Below the pieces are notes generated by a model that was not told where the DNA came from, made no database searches, and saw nothing but the letters and a program-made list of their open reading frames with translations. Source: Antedon mediterranea (Eukaryota; Animalia; Echinodermata). From it: 64,000 nucleotides of DNA. This document shows, piece after piece, positions 26,644-39,862 of this stretch (within the stretch, counting starts at the first letter, position 1; every line of letters starts with the position of its first letter). Position numbers and translations under genes: made by a program. The stretch is taken from NCBI RefSeq assembly GCF_964355755.1, contig NC_092675.1:7931812-7995811 (forward strand), given 5' to 3'.

Positions 26644-26693
26644 CTTATAAAGCAAATGTAAAGTAATAAAACACATTTTTTACTTCTCATTGG
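26644..26693 (-). promoter_or_regulatory. TATA + CCAAT promoter of ShK gene C
   Basis: cttataa at 26644 and ctcattgg ending at 26693. The same pair with similar spacing lies upstream of genes D and E. Confidence 0.65.
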
Positions 26694-27106
26694 CTATAGA
26701 TATCAGTAAACTATCAAGGTTATGTAATGTTCGCCTTTTTATTTTTAACTTCACACATTTTAATGCTCGTGCCCTTATAAGGCATCTCAATAAATGCGTT
26801 TTGCAATAACTACATTTGCGTCACATCCTATAGCTTATGACCTGCTTATAGTCTGTATACCCTGTATGTGTTTTTTACCAACACATTAATAAAATGAAGA
26901 GTTAATACAATACACACATTACATTTTTCTAATGTATTTAATATGATTTGGTTATAACTAAAGGTATGCATTTTTAAGACCGTTCGTATGTTTGTATTGT
27001 GCATTTTATCGATAAAACACATAAGCCCATTATGTTATGTTATGTTACGTATCTATGCGGCGGTTAATTGCTAATTAATTCATTTTTGCATTAATTCCCA
27101 TCCCTT

Positions 27107-27220
27107 CTTTTTAGTCGCGTGCAACGCGACTCTACAGCTCACTATGTCGATCAGTTGGTCGGTCGGTTGGTCGGTAAACACTGACTTGGGCACGATACTG
27201 CAGCCATGTATGGCCTTGTT
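27107..27220 (+). mobile_element. Short Helentron/DINE-1-like (HINE) element
   Basis: A T-run start, hairpin agtcgcgtgcaacgcgact, (GGTC)n microsatellite and end gtatggccttgtt. Confidence 0.5.
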
Positions 27221-28226
27221 TGTTGGTTACTCGGTCGGAATTCGTAGTGTTTAATATCCTGGTTATTTTATGCTGATTTGTCCTGTCCCGTTCTCCGCTT
27301 GTCTGTGTCCCTTCGTTTTGTGTCCGGGGCAGACCCGACCCAAGATCCTGTATTTTTCTGGGATCCTGCCTTCTTCCCCCACCCCAAGATTTATTATTAT
27401 TTGTCTTATTTTATGAAATGTTATTTCTTATTTATTCCATTATTGTTTAAATCTTAAAAAGAAGTTAATAAATGTTATTTTGAATTTAAAATTGAAGTTG
27501 AAACATTTTTTAGATTAATTTTAATATTTGTGTATTTAAATTATTTGTATAAATTGTGATTGCGGCTACATTATCATTCTAGATGTAAACGGTTTTAGCA
27601 CATTTCTTTATGTAAACTTTTAAACTTATACGTCAGTATTTAAACGGATTCCAAATGTACGAAATAGCAATCGTATTACCGAATCGACTTAGCAACGTTT
27701 AGGCTTATACTTTGTGAATAAACAAAGAATATATAAAAGAGGATATTTTAGGAATACTCTGATACCTCCCCATTCACAACATTGTAACTCAATCGTGTAA
27801 AATGTGTTTGTATTTTTTATTTTCTTGGCCACATATTAGTTCTTTAATGAATGTTATTGTTTCTGTCTAATGCCAGAGAAAGGGACATGTTATGTAATTA
27901 CTTTTAAGAATATGCTATGACCAAGAGGCTGCTTCTATAATTTTAAGAAGTGATAAAATGCAGTGACAATTTTATCAAAATGCTTAGTAAATTGTAGATC
28001 ATGGAAGTCAATGCATTGTAGGCCTACTACAAATAAAAATGTGTAATAATAATAACAATAATAGTAAAAATAATTCATTGGCACACTTCAACGATGCGTC
28101 CAAAGAAACAATATATAACAATAAAAAAAGAGAAATACAAAAATGGGAATGTCCATTGCTACTAAAAAATAAAAGACTATTATATACCAACATAACACAA
28201 ATTACAACTAAATCTAACAGATTATA

Positions 28227-31200
28227 TAGTCCGGTGGCAGGAGGGGGGAATCACCACCCAAAAGGGGACAAATTGCCATCCAACTTTTCTAGACTAGAAT
28301 TTTAGGTAATTTTAGGAATATGGAAGGTAATCGATCAGGATAGGAAGCGTTTTTGAGATATAAGGGGTCAAATTTCAACATTGACCAATTACAACAATGT
28401 ATTATGTATAATGTATTATAACAAATTTATTGAAGCACAATTTGGTCTTTTATTACATTTTTATGATTATAAGTGTCTATTCAATCACCTTATAAAAAAA
28501 AAGCCTTTGTGATTAAGGGTCAAATGTCAATATTGATCAATCATAGAACGTACCTATAAAACCAAATAAAAACTAATATTTAATAAAAATTGGATGTTTT
28601 CTTATCCTGTTAATCAATCATACTTAATGTAAAAGAGCGAATACATCATTTCATCAGTTGACATAAGGTCAATTTCATCAGTTGACATAAGGTCAAAGGT
28701 CAACATTTTAATACGCGTATTATTTAACAAATAAATGCAAAGTTGTCCAAACTATGATATTGATGGTTTTACAAGTAATCAAATTATTTGATTAGTAAAG
28801 TTATGTTATTTCATTATAATTTTGATTAATATAATTATAATACTGTATTTAATCAAATCAGATTTCGATCAGGATAGGAAGCGAATAGGAAGAGATAAGG
28901 GGTCAAAGTTCAAAATTGACCAATTAGAAGAATGTATTATATACATATGTATTATAACCAATTTATTAAAGTTAAATTTGGTCTTTTAATACATTTGTAT
29001 GGTTATAGGTATTGTATGGTGTTATTCAGTCGCCTTATAAAACAAATACTTTGCAATTCAAGGTCAAATGTTAATATTGACCAATCACACATTTTGCATT
29101 TAAAACCAAATAAAAACTAATATTTAAGACAAAATGTTATGTTTTATCATTCATCTATCAATCATACACAATCAAAAGAGCACATTTATCATTACACAAG
29201 TTGACATAGGTCAAAGGTCAACATTTGAACAAATGATATACTAAATAATGCAAAGTTATTCAAACTATGAGATCGATGTTCATAAATGTAATCACGTTAT
29301 TTGATCAGTGTAGTTATGGTATTTTTATATTTTTTCTAGAGCGAATTTTTTTAAATGTATTAATATAATACTGTAAAATAAATAATAAAATTAATATTAT
29401 GACGATTAAAATGTTATGATGTTAAAATGTTGCGCTGACCTTCAATGATTTGCCACTATACAGTTGCATTTATTAGGGCTACAATATTCGTTTTTGGAAA
29501 ATAAACTACTATTCATCAGAACCAGAGAATACCAATTCGTACAGGATAGAGCATAGGCAGATCCAGGTGGCCAAACTCAATCCACAGACAGACCACAATT
29601 TTTATATAGACACAGATAGTTTGGCCCATACAGGAAAGAGTTTCCTGTACACAAAGGATTCTAAAATAATCCATATGGATTTGCCCAAATGAACCCTTTA
29701 AGGACCCTTTTGGGATCTCTATGTGCATGGTGTGCTACATAAGGCCCTGTATTAGAAATTAATATGGGGTAAATAGTTCATAGATGAACTATGGAATAAG
29801 ACTAAATGTGAACCCTCAATCTTTAAATAACATTTATGGATTTGCCCAAATGAACCCAAGGGCTGATCCTTCATGAAACTTTCGGGGTTCTCTATGTGGG
29901 GCTACAAGATACCCTATATTGGAAATAATGTATGTGGGGTGAAAATGTGGGTTCATAGAGATATAATAAATATCCCTGTGCACCTTCGATCATCCATAAG
30001 GAACATTTTATGGATTTGCCCAAATTAACCCAAGGGCCGGTCGTTCTCCATGGATGGACATTAAACCCCATAATGGAAATATAAGGGGTGACACTGTGAG
30101 TTCATATAGACAGGCGCGGCCCATGGAATAAAGCTGCCTGTGAACTCTCGATCCTTAAGGAAAATTTATGGATTTGCCCAAATTAATCCAAGGGCCGGTC
30201 CTCCATGGACATTAAGCCGCATAATGGAAATATAATGGGTGACACTGTGGGTTTATATAGACAGGCAGAACCATGGAATAAAACTGCCTGTGCACTCTCG
30301 ATCCTTAAGGAACACTTATGGATTTGCCCAAATTAACCCCCAAAGGCCGGTCCTCCATGGATGGACATTAAGCCCCGTAATGGACATATAAGAGGTGACA
30401 CTGTGGGTTCATAATAGACAGGCGGGGCCCATGGAATAAAGCTGCCTTGCACCCTCGATCCTTAAGGAACACTTATGGATTTGCACAAATTAACCCAAAG
30501 GGCCGGTCATCCATGGACATTAAGCCTCATAATGGAAATATAAGGGGTGACAATGTGGGTTTATATAGACAGGCACATGGAATAATGCTGCCTGTGCACT
30601 CTCGATCCTTAAGGAACCAATTTGGATTTTGGCTAAAATGAAACAACAGCAGGTCATCTATTTAGACCCTTCTGTGGTTCTCTACTGTATGTTCAGTTCT
30701 ACATTTGGCCCCTGTATCGGATCAATGCATTTGGCTACATAAGTTACTGTGTTAGAAATATATCGGGTAACTAAAACTGTAGGTTCCAATATTAAGCCAT
30801 GGAAAAATCCTGTCTGTGCACCCTCAATCCTTTTAAAAGGAACCCATATGGATTTGCCAAAATGAACCAAGGGTAACTTCTGAATTCTCTATGAGCCGTA
30901 CATTCTGTTTTTTGGAGATACATGGATACCTGATGGAAATTGCTCAAATATTTCTGAAAGACATTGTACTGTATAGTAATAGTATTATTCCCCTTCCACA
31001 CCTCTTTGAATTAAATCCGCCCTGATAGGCTCTTATGTACAGAATTTCAAAGCAATAATCACACTTGTATTTTTCAAACAGTATAATCTATTAGATTGAA
31101 TAAAAATATCTATTATAAACAATTTGCCGTTCGAAATCTCTATGCCATGTCGTTATTTAGATAAGAAAAACAGGTCAAAGGTTAAAATTGAACAATTTGA

Positions 31201-31726
31201 CACCAAAATTGGCTCCTTACGACAAATATTTATTAATTTATGTTTTTATAACCTTATTCAATTATGTCAAAGGTTAATAACCACACTTCCGGTCATTTTC
31301 AAGCAATATCATCTGTTACACTGAATATAAATTTATATCTTGGGAACAATTTGCTCCTATTTTTTATTCTCTCCGACCAACCGTTACTTAGATATAGCAA
31401 AAAGAGGTCAAAGTTCAAAATTGCTAACAATGGGGTTTCCGGTCAATTTTACAAAGAAAGTTCTGTTAGAGCTAATATAAACATATACATTGTGAACAAT
31501 TTGACACCAAAATTATCTCACTACGTCCAGAATTTCCAGAGATATAGCATGTTTTTATATTGGTCAATTGTGAACTTTGACCCCTTATATCTCGAAAACG
31601 CTTCCTATCCTGATCGATTACCTTATTACCATATTCGTAATCTACGGAAAATTCTGGTCTAGAAAAGTTGGATGGCAATTTGTCCCCTTTCGGGTGGTGA
31701 TATCCCTCCCTCCTGCCACCGGACTA
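28227..31726. mobile_element. 3.5-kb non-autonomous DNA transposon, Academ-like
   Basis: Imperfect TIRs of about 160 bp running TAGTCCGGTGGCAGGAGGG ... CCCTCCTGCCACCGGACTA, flanked by ATA on both sides. An internal array of about eight 150-170-bp units (atggatttgcccaaattaacccaaggg) spans about 29670-30870. No credible ORF. Confidence 0.8.
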
Positions 31727-32006
31727 ATAGTACAGACAAACAATATATACACATACATATACACACATACATAATTATATATAAAAATAATAAAAAGATA
31801 TTAATTAATATCAAAAAGTTATAAATGAGATATACAAACAATACAGCAATGTAGAATACACAGCAATGTAGAATAAATATTCATATATTTTTAAGGAGAG
31901 ATCTTCTATTCCATGCTTTACACACGTATTCCTTGCAATTTGCAATATTTATCAAAGAAATTGTTTGATTATTCAAAGCGGGACATTTATTCGAAAAAAT
32001 ACGCTT

Positions 32007-32225
32007 GCCTGGTTTCAGTTGTATAGGGATGTTTAGACTTGTTGCAATTCTGTATTATTGTCTTTTCTTATGTTATAGTCCACCAGTCGACGTTTCGATC
32101 TTTGGAAAAAGCGCCTGGTTTCAGTTGTATAGGGATGTTTAGACTTGTTGCAATTCTGTATTATTGTCTTTTCTTATATTATGTTAGAGTCCACCAGTCG
32201 ACGTTTCGATCTTTGGAAAAAGCGC
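32007..32225. repeat. Direct duplication of about 105 bp
   Basis: gcctggtttcagttgtatagggatgtttagac...ctttggaaaaagcgc occurs twice in tandem. Confidence 0.9.
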
Positions 32226-33517
32226 AAATATTATACGTATGAAACGCCATGTGTGCCAAAATATTTTACCAGTATTAATTGAAATTCAGTCTGGAACGAT
32301 GTTTCGTATCGCTAGCCTAGGCTAGACTAGCGGTTGGTTATTCACAGTAGATGTGTTATTAAACAAATAGTGAATGTTTATATTCGTGTAATAGATTATT
32401 TAATTTGGGGAAAGATGAGTCATGTCATATTTTCAACTTTCACCTTGTATTTGTATACTATATTCGTGTAACAGTCATGTGTCAATAAATACGTTTACAA
32501 CTTCCGGGTTTCGATTTTCCTTTAACAATCATCAACAACAGAAGCATCATAATTACAATATTCGTAATTTGTAAGTGTATTGCTATGCATCATGGTCATT
32601 ATCAGCACAAGCAATACTAACTGGATCTGAAATGGCGTTTTCTATTCAATTTAAAATATGTACTGTCTCTTCTTAAATCCGAAATAAATTTTAAAAACCA
32701 AATTGTCTTTATTTTCATCAAAATTAAACGTCACATAATCATTTAAAACATTGATTGTGTTTTACAATCCAAGACAGTGCACATTTTTAATCGAAAAATC
32801 ATCAAAGATACAATACAATCTGACAAACAACAGTTTCATTTTTTCTGTAACTTTATTCATACCTACGCCTAAGTAAAGTACATTGGAAACTAAGTTAAAA
32901 CTGATATTTGATTGGTGTACAGCGAGAAGCACACGTGATTTAATATAAGCATTTAGTTAAATTATTCGTCATAAAACTTCTTCTTCAGCTTATCGAACTT
33001 GTTCTTTGCTCAGAATTTATCATCATGGATTAAAGATAATAAATAGACTATTGAATATGTTATTTAAAGTGCTATGTATACTTTGTAGAATATTTACTGG
33101 CGAATCATGACGTTACAGATTGATATGTCACGGACCTCCATCTGAAAGAACAAGACAAGAAGAAAATAATATCAGCAATGTATACAGTATTTTGTAAGAG
33201 GGATAATCGATAATAACAGCTGTGGTTGACCATTTTGTATATAGTACTACGAGTGTGGCCATTACTTTTATAAATGGAATGTCTCAGCTCTTTATTCCTC
33301 TTTATTGTACAAATGATAGTGTTCAAATAAAAATCTATGTAAAGCATTAAATAAACTTTGTTTCTGCATAGGCCTATGTTACGGCGTCACATCTGATACA
33401 TGAGACCCTGTCACAGAATCTTTCATGATATTAGACAAATTAGAGATATAGTACCGATAACCGCTACTAACACATAACTGAATAAATATTGTAACGTAAC
33501 ACGAATTCTAACTCACT

Positions 33518-35516
33518 TTAACAGAATTTACAAGTCTTCCAGCAGTCATAGATCTTGTTAGCATACGCCTCCTGGTCGCACTTTCCAGCAATGGCTGAAC
33601 AGTCTACCCCTGGTGTGTCGGAGCATGAGGAATCTATAATAAATTATATCAATGTATACTAATTATTTGTATGTTTTTAAATGAAGGGTAAGTTCAACAT
33701 GATTGATTGATTGATGACGCTTGATTAATCAAAATGTGAATGGCGTATATATATAATAATATATAATATAATTATGCATAAACGGACATAAATAGAAAGA
33801 AGAATTTCTGCCCAGTGTTCATTATGAATATGGGTTAAGGAGTCTGGTATTCTTCATGCTATTGCAACAAGACAGAGATGTGTAAATAAAAATACGAATG
33901 AATTTTTGGATGAGTGTTGTTGTTTTTTGCAGAATATCATTGACCGGCATAGCACTACAGAATTAAAAATGATTAGTGTGTTTCAAATGGCCAACATTCT
34001 CTCTAGAAGATTGTTGTGTCTGATCTCATAGGAGGGTTAAATAGTGAACTTCGTCGTGTAATAAGCTAAAATATAGATAGTGTACTTCTTCTTTGAACCG
34101 TGTGGCCTACAAATAGATTAGCAATGCGAAATACCAAAACCCTTATTTCAACTCCCATTACCATAATTTTGATTAGAATATTAATGACCTACAATGATCA
34201 TACCATGCAACAGGGTAGAGTGCAATCAAGAGGCGCGATCATACTTCTACCAACAGTATTATTTTAATAGGTATACTTTATTTTAAAAAAAAATAATAAT
34301 ACAGGTATAACATTAGAACATACTATTCAAATATTAGTTCAAAATCGACTATTAATATAATAAGGTAATTTCAGGTATATATATTACGGTATGTCCTCGG
34401 GCACGGAAAATATATCCCGTAGCATCACTTTTTAAAAAGAGACTTATTTCACAATGTTCGTTCTGTTTGCCGACGACGACAAAGCAAGGTTATTATCAAT
34501 GTTGTTGCAAAGGCCGATAGACACTAAACATGTTATTGAATTGAATTGAAATATTTTATTTATACTGGGCGACCTCTTCAGTCAAAGACTGGTCTCCCAG
34601 AGGGCCCAGTTATAATCAGTGGCTGTGATGTACTAATACACCGGGGTAACCCCCTACTCGTCTTGAAAGGTGTACTAGGTTCTTTAAAATGCACACGAGC
34701 TAGATGTGTACACTGGACCTACGGTTTATAGTCAATATCCGAGAAGACTCGTTCTACCACCAGAACCATGGAGCGAGTGAATGGTTATGGCTACGTATTA
34801 CAGTTCCACTGTATACCCAGAGCTACCCTTTAAGTAATTTAGTTATCTTTGTAGAACTTACCAACAGCAGCACCAAATGCCTGTGAACAAAAACAAATTA
34901 AATATTAATCAAATCAAATAAACATGATGTTTCTACCTACTTGTGGAAATTTCCTAAAACAAAGTCACTTTAGGTCTTAAGCAGGAGCACGTGTATATAA
35001 GATATCGTGAGGTCTTTTACTTGAAAAGTTATATAAAAATACCTTATTATTTAAAATATTTATATTATTATAAAGTGTCATGAGATACTAACAGTGACTA
35101 TCGATAGTCTGCTAGAAACATGTAAAGGTATGGTAGGTCTACTCTGTCTGATTCGAACCTACTGACAGAGATAAAATGTATTAAATTGAATACACCTAGA
35201 CACGTTTTCTAACTGACTGTCAGCTTAAGTATCTGTAAGTGCAGTATACGGTGGTTGGCTTTTTCCTAAAGCCGTCTATATTATTATAATATAGAAACAA
35301 CTATTATCGGACGCAACACAACGGGGTAGGCACAATACAAGTGAGTTGCCCAATCACAAATGACATATCGGATGACGCATCACGTCGTGATTGGTCAAAT
35401 TAATTGCGGTCCTCTTACAGTCCTAGCAGAAACTAAGTTTAACTAAAAATACTCACCGTTTGGATAAGGCTAAGCGCAACCAAAGCGAAGAGAATGAACA
35501 CGAAAGTTCTCGACAT
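33518..35516 (-). CDS. Secreted single-ShK-domain peptide (ShK gene D), 64 aa
   Basis: Exons 35516-35457 (MSRTFVFILFALVALSLIQT), 34880-34862 (AFGAAV) and 33633-33518 (DSSCSDTPGVDCSAIAGKCDQEAYANKIYDCWKTCKFC*). A donor sits 1 nt after the stop and a 3'UTR exon starts at 33141. Confidence 0.9.
34545..34790 (-). mobile_element. SINE with a Meta-like domain, 5'-truncated, with an L2-type tail
   Basis: Homologous to 24270-24520. Tail ctgggccctctgggagaccagtc...aataaa(ttcaa)n. Confidence 0.7.
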
Positions 35517-35609
35517 CTTAGAAGGTTTGTAGGTTTGTCAGTCTGTCCTTGAAACAAGAATTTAAGTTTACAAGTGTAAGTTGTGATACATTAGACTGGT
35601 GGTCTGTCC

Positions 35610-35660
35610 CTTATATACATTCTGAACAAAATGTAAACGTGTTGTCTCTTCTCTCATTGG
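35610..35660 (-). promoter_or_regulatory. TATA + CCAAT promoter of ShK gene D
   Basis: cttatata at 35610 and ctcattgg ending at 35660. Confidence 0.65.
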
Positions 35661-35929
35661 TTAAAACAGAAACATGACACGGTTTTTTATAACGCCTAAC
35701 ATAGTTATATATAAATTTATAACTGTTTTATGACTGTTGGCCAAATATAAATAGTCACGTTTTCTAGGTTTTCAATATACATCATTGATTCATAAACCAA
35801 GGAGCAAAACAAATGTATTAAATTTTTTTGCGTTTGTATTTTATCATCAGAGAGAGAAAAGTTTTGTCACTTGATGTCAAAAAAAGCAATCGGTAATGAC
35901 CCAGGTGGCAAGTATAACAATTGAACTCC

Positions 35930-36212
35930 TTTAGAGACTTCATGACGTTTAAACTTCAACTGTTTTAGGGACTTCATGACGTTTAAACTTCAACTGTTTT
36001 AGAGACTTCATGACGTTTAAACTTCAACTGTTTTAGAGACTTCATGACGTTTAAACTTCAACTGTTTTAGAAACTTCATGACGTTTAAACTTCAACTGTT
36101 TTAGGAAATTCATGACGTTTAAACTTCAACTGTTTTAGGGACTTCATGACGTTTAAACTTCAATTGTTTTAGGGACTTCATGATGTTTAAACTTCAACTG
36201 TTTTAGGGACTG
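35930..36212. repeat. 34-bp minisatellite, about 8 copies
   Basis: Unit ttttagRgacttcatgacgtttaaacttcaactg. Confidence 0.95.
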
Positions 36213-37162
36213 ATATAAAAGTGGGGTGGGGAAACTGATCCATTGTTTCACTTTATACTTTCTTTTATTTTAGGCGAAGGATGGCCAATGGAGAATGTTT
36301 TTACTATCATTTTCATTGATATACCCGTAAAAACTCACAGAACTATTAAAACAAAAAAAATCTTCAGTTCTCTCCCATGCTAGATTTTATTCAGTATATA
36401 CGGGCCACCAACCCCAAAATACAATAAATATGGTATGAACATAAACATTAGATATGTACAAGTGACGTGAGCTATATGCACATAAGATACATCTGGAAGG
36501 TGACATTATTATTGTTTTTTGTCTGTGTATTTAAGTAAGGATTATAAGCAAATGGTAATAATAACTTTGGTAATAATAGATAATATTATATTGGTGACCT
36601 ATTTCTTAGTTTAAAAAATATCAAGGTCAACGGTATTTGAGCCTGGATTGTAATTAGCTAAATAAGGCCATCTTTTTGATGGCCATTTTTACACTTACTA
36701 GTGTGATATCCTCCTTTTCAGAAATTCGGTTAAAGGCAATAACTGACGTCATTGTGTATATATAACCAATAATGAACACGTTTTGTGTACACTGTATGCA
36801 ATAACGTTTAAATTACACAAGAAAGCCGTAAGTTCATAATTATACTGGGTAAGGTAATTAACTTGCACTAAACTACATTCCTGTATATATGTTCAGTCTA
36901 ACAAACACCTTTTACATCGTGTTGCCAGAGAGTGCAAAAAACCGTGTCTCGAACGCGATAGTTTCTGCTAGAGAAAAAAGCATCCTATTCTATTATGTTT
37001 ACACAACATTTTTGCTATAACGGGTAGTTATGATAAAAGTGGAAAGATGCTGCAGTCCTAGAAAGCCCATTAACCTTCATTAGAAAAGTTCACCTTCATT
37101 TTGATTCGCTTTAACTGTATTATGTGTATTTTATGTGTAAATTGACTTTGGGGTTGGGTCAA

Positions 37163-38024
37163 CCGGCTCGCGATTTTTTTTTTCGTACATAAGTTGGGGA
37201 CCCCTCATGAAACGTCACAAAATAAACATGAGTAATTCATCAGTTAAGTTTGTTGTTCCGTGTGCACCCAAGCGTGATTACAACTGCGATACGATTATAG
37301 GCAGATCTCCGCTGTGGTTGCGGCGTGCGATTTCATAAAAGAATAGCGGCGTTGTGTGGATTGTCAAAATAATCAGCCTTTAGTTTATGGTGTTGTTTAA
37401 TAGAATGTATTACTAAAGAATTACGTGTTAAAATTATAGTTTCTATTAATACTATTAGGCCTAATTATTAGTCTCTAAAGCCCATGTCTATTCATCTAGT
37501 TAGTAGGCCTACTGTGTGGGTGTGTGTGACGTGTGTATGTGTGTTAGGTATGACACAGTCCGAGTAAGTCAGCAAAATTAAACAATTACATTACACAAAA
37601 ATACAGTATGTACATTTTTTATTCTAATATACATGCTTATGTAAAGTTTCCTTTGAGTACATACATATTTATTTATCAATGTACTGTTTAATAATAGAAT
37701 ATAATTTAAAAAATTAACATTACACAAATGATATACATTCTTTATTCTCGTGGGTCTAATCTTTCCATCTCATGTGTTCATATAGTATGCGCAAAAGATG
37801 TGTAACAGCAACCGTTCTTCTTTTGAACGAACAGGCAGAATAGCGAGAAAGAGAGCTAGCTAATAATAAGGCCTATGAGTAGTATGCATAGTGGTGGTGT
37901 GTGTGAAGAAGAGTACGCGAAGGCAATCACGTGAATGGTGAACAACTAATAAATTATTCATGTTTATTTTGTGACGTTTCATAAGAGTCCCCAACTTATG
38001 TACGAAAAATAAAATCGCAACCGG
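37163..38024. mobile_element. Non-autonomous DNA transposon with TIRs of about 80 bp and CCGG termini
   Basis: ccggctcgcgattttt..tcgtacataagttgggga...atgaaacgtcacaaaataaacatga is mirrored at about 37945-38024. Confidence 0.8.
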
Positions 38025-39862
38025 CTCAGCTACAGTGATTAAGTTCACTTAGTTTGACCCATGTCTCCCCATTTTCAGTTTTTTTTTGTTATCAATAGAC
38101 CGAATAAATAATGAAATGAAATGAAATGAGAAACACCTCTCAACAAACTCATAATGTTCATACTGTAGGTTTTTGCATGTAAATATTATTGATTGAACGT
38201 TGTCTGCCAACATTCTGAAGTTATCGTTGTCGTTTTTTAAATGTGTAAACAGATATACCAACAAATATTTATTGTTTAGGAAAACGGTATATTTTTAAAA
38301 TCTAACGCACTTATTAAAATCTCTTCTCTGTATCTTCAATAAGGGCCAAAATAAAAAAAAAAATTAAAAATCTTTCTCTGGCATTCCAAAAAAAAAAAAT
38401 GGACTACACCATTTCATATTAACAGCAAACGGTAAAAAAAGGCCCAACATAAACCAATGGTAATTTGTACATTGTATTAGCAACATAGTTTTATGTAAAA
38501 CTCCTGTTACCAAACATTTCCACTATAATTAATTTGCCACATATAGCGCCCTCTATATCGTCACACAAAAATGTTCTGCATGGCGTAATCACTATAATAT
38601 CACACGTCACGTTGGTTATTTTTATAGAAAGTACATTCTCATTCATAACACTAAACATTCTCCAAGTCTGTATTAAATTTGTCTTTGTTATTTTAGTCCA
38701 CCAGTCGACGTTTTTGTCTGGAAAATACAGATTCGAGTTTTATACGTTTAAAACGCCATTTGTGCCAAAATATTGATCTTTTATTAATATTAGGTCAAAA
38801 CAGCTGTACTGTTGTTTGTCATACTGTTCAATAGCAGTATTCGATCGATACCTTAAAAAACACAAGTTCAAACCAAATGGAATACAACATATCTTTTATT
38901 CATTTTCTTTACTTAAACACATTACATTGTGAATTACCTTCCGGTTACAAGGTCCTGAGATATCAACTTTAGCCAGTCACGCGTAGTTTTCCTAAAACGA
39001 TATGTTTATTATGGTGTAGCAAATAATATCTTAGACGACTGTTTCTTTCAAAGACGGGTTTGTTATAGACTAGGATGACGTCACTAAGATATTATCACGC
39101 TTCCTGGTGGACTTGTTTCCATTGTTGTATTTGAATTCTGATGATAGAGAAAGCATTGTGCCTAGGCGCGCCTACAAGTGATAATTTGGGGTAAAAATAC
39201 CGTTAGCTAGTATTAGTATTATTTTTTTAATATAACGTTTTAATATAATGATTGATTGACGAGATGAAAATATTCTGAAACGGGTTGACACTCAATCTGA
39301 AAAATATAAAGATACATTTTTCTATTAATACAATATCTGAAGTTTGTATTTTTTTGCTAAGATAGTTCAAACAGCAGGGAACGTTCGATTATTCATGTAT
39401 TATGTTCATTTATTTATCTTAATAGGAGTGGAATTCTGTATACTTCATGTTTTATATATCAAGGTGACGTAATGCATTTATGTAATAAAATGCGCATGTT
39501 TGTGACATCATTAACATATCGATTTTATAAAATCAAAGGACAGGGTCTGTATATAGATTCCTACTTAGAAAGAAATTGAAGATGATAAGCTCTCAAAATT
39601 GTGGACGTTGTCGTATTAAGAATACAAACATATATACTACTTTGAGTTAAAGAGCTATATAGTCAGATGTTTGCCCGACTCTTAAATAACCGTAGTAGAT
39701 TAGTACATACGAGAACTAAAAAAAAAAGTAATTCTTGAGATTCTAACTCAGAACCTCCAGAAGTTGCATAATTTGAGTTCATCTTCTTAATAATAATACA
39801 TTACAATGACGCCATAGTAGGGCAGACATCTGACCAAATAATACAAACATCACTTACACATT

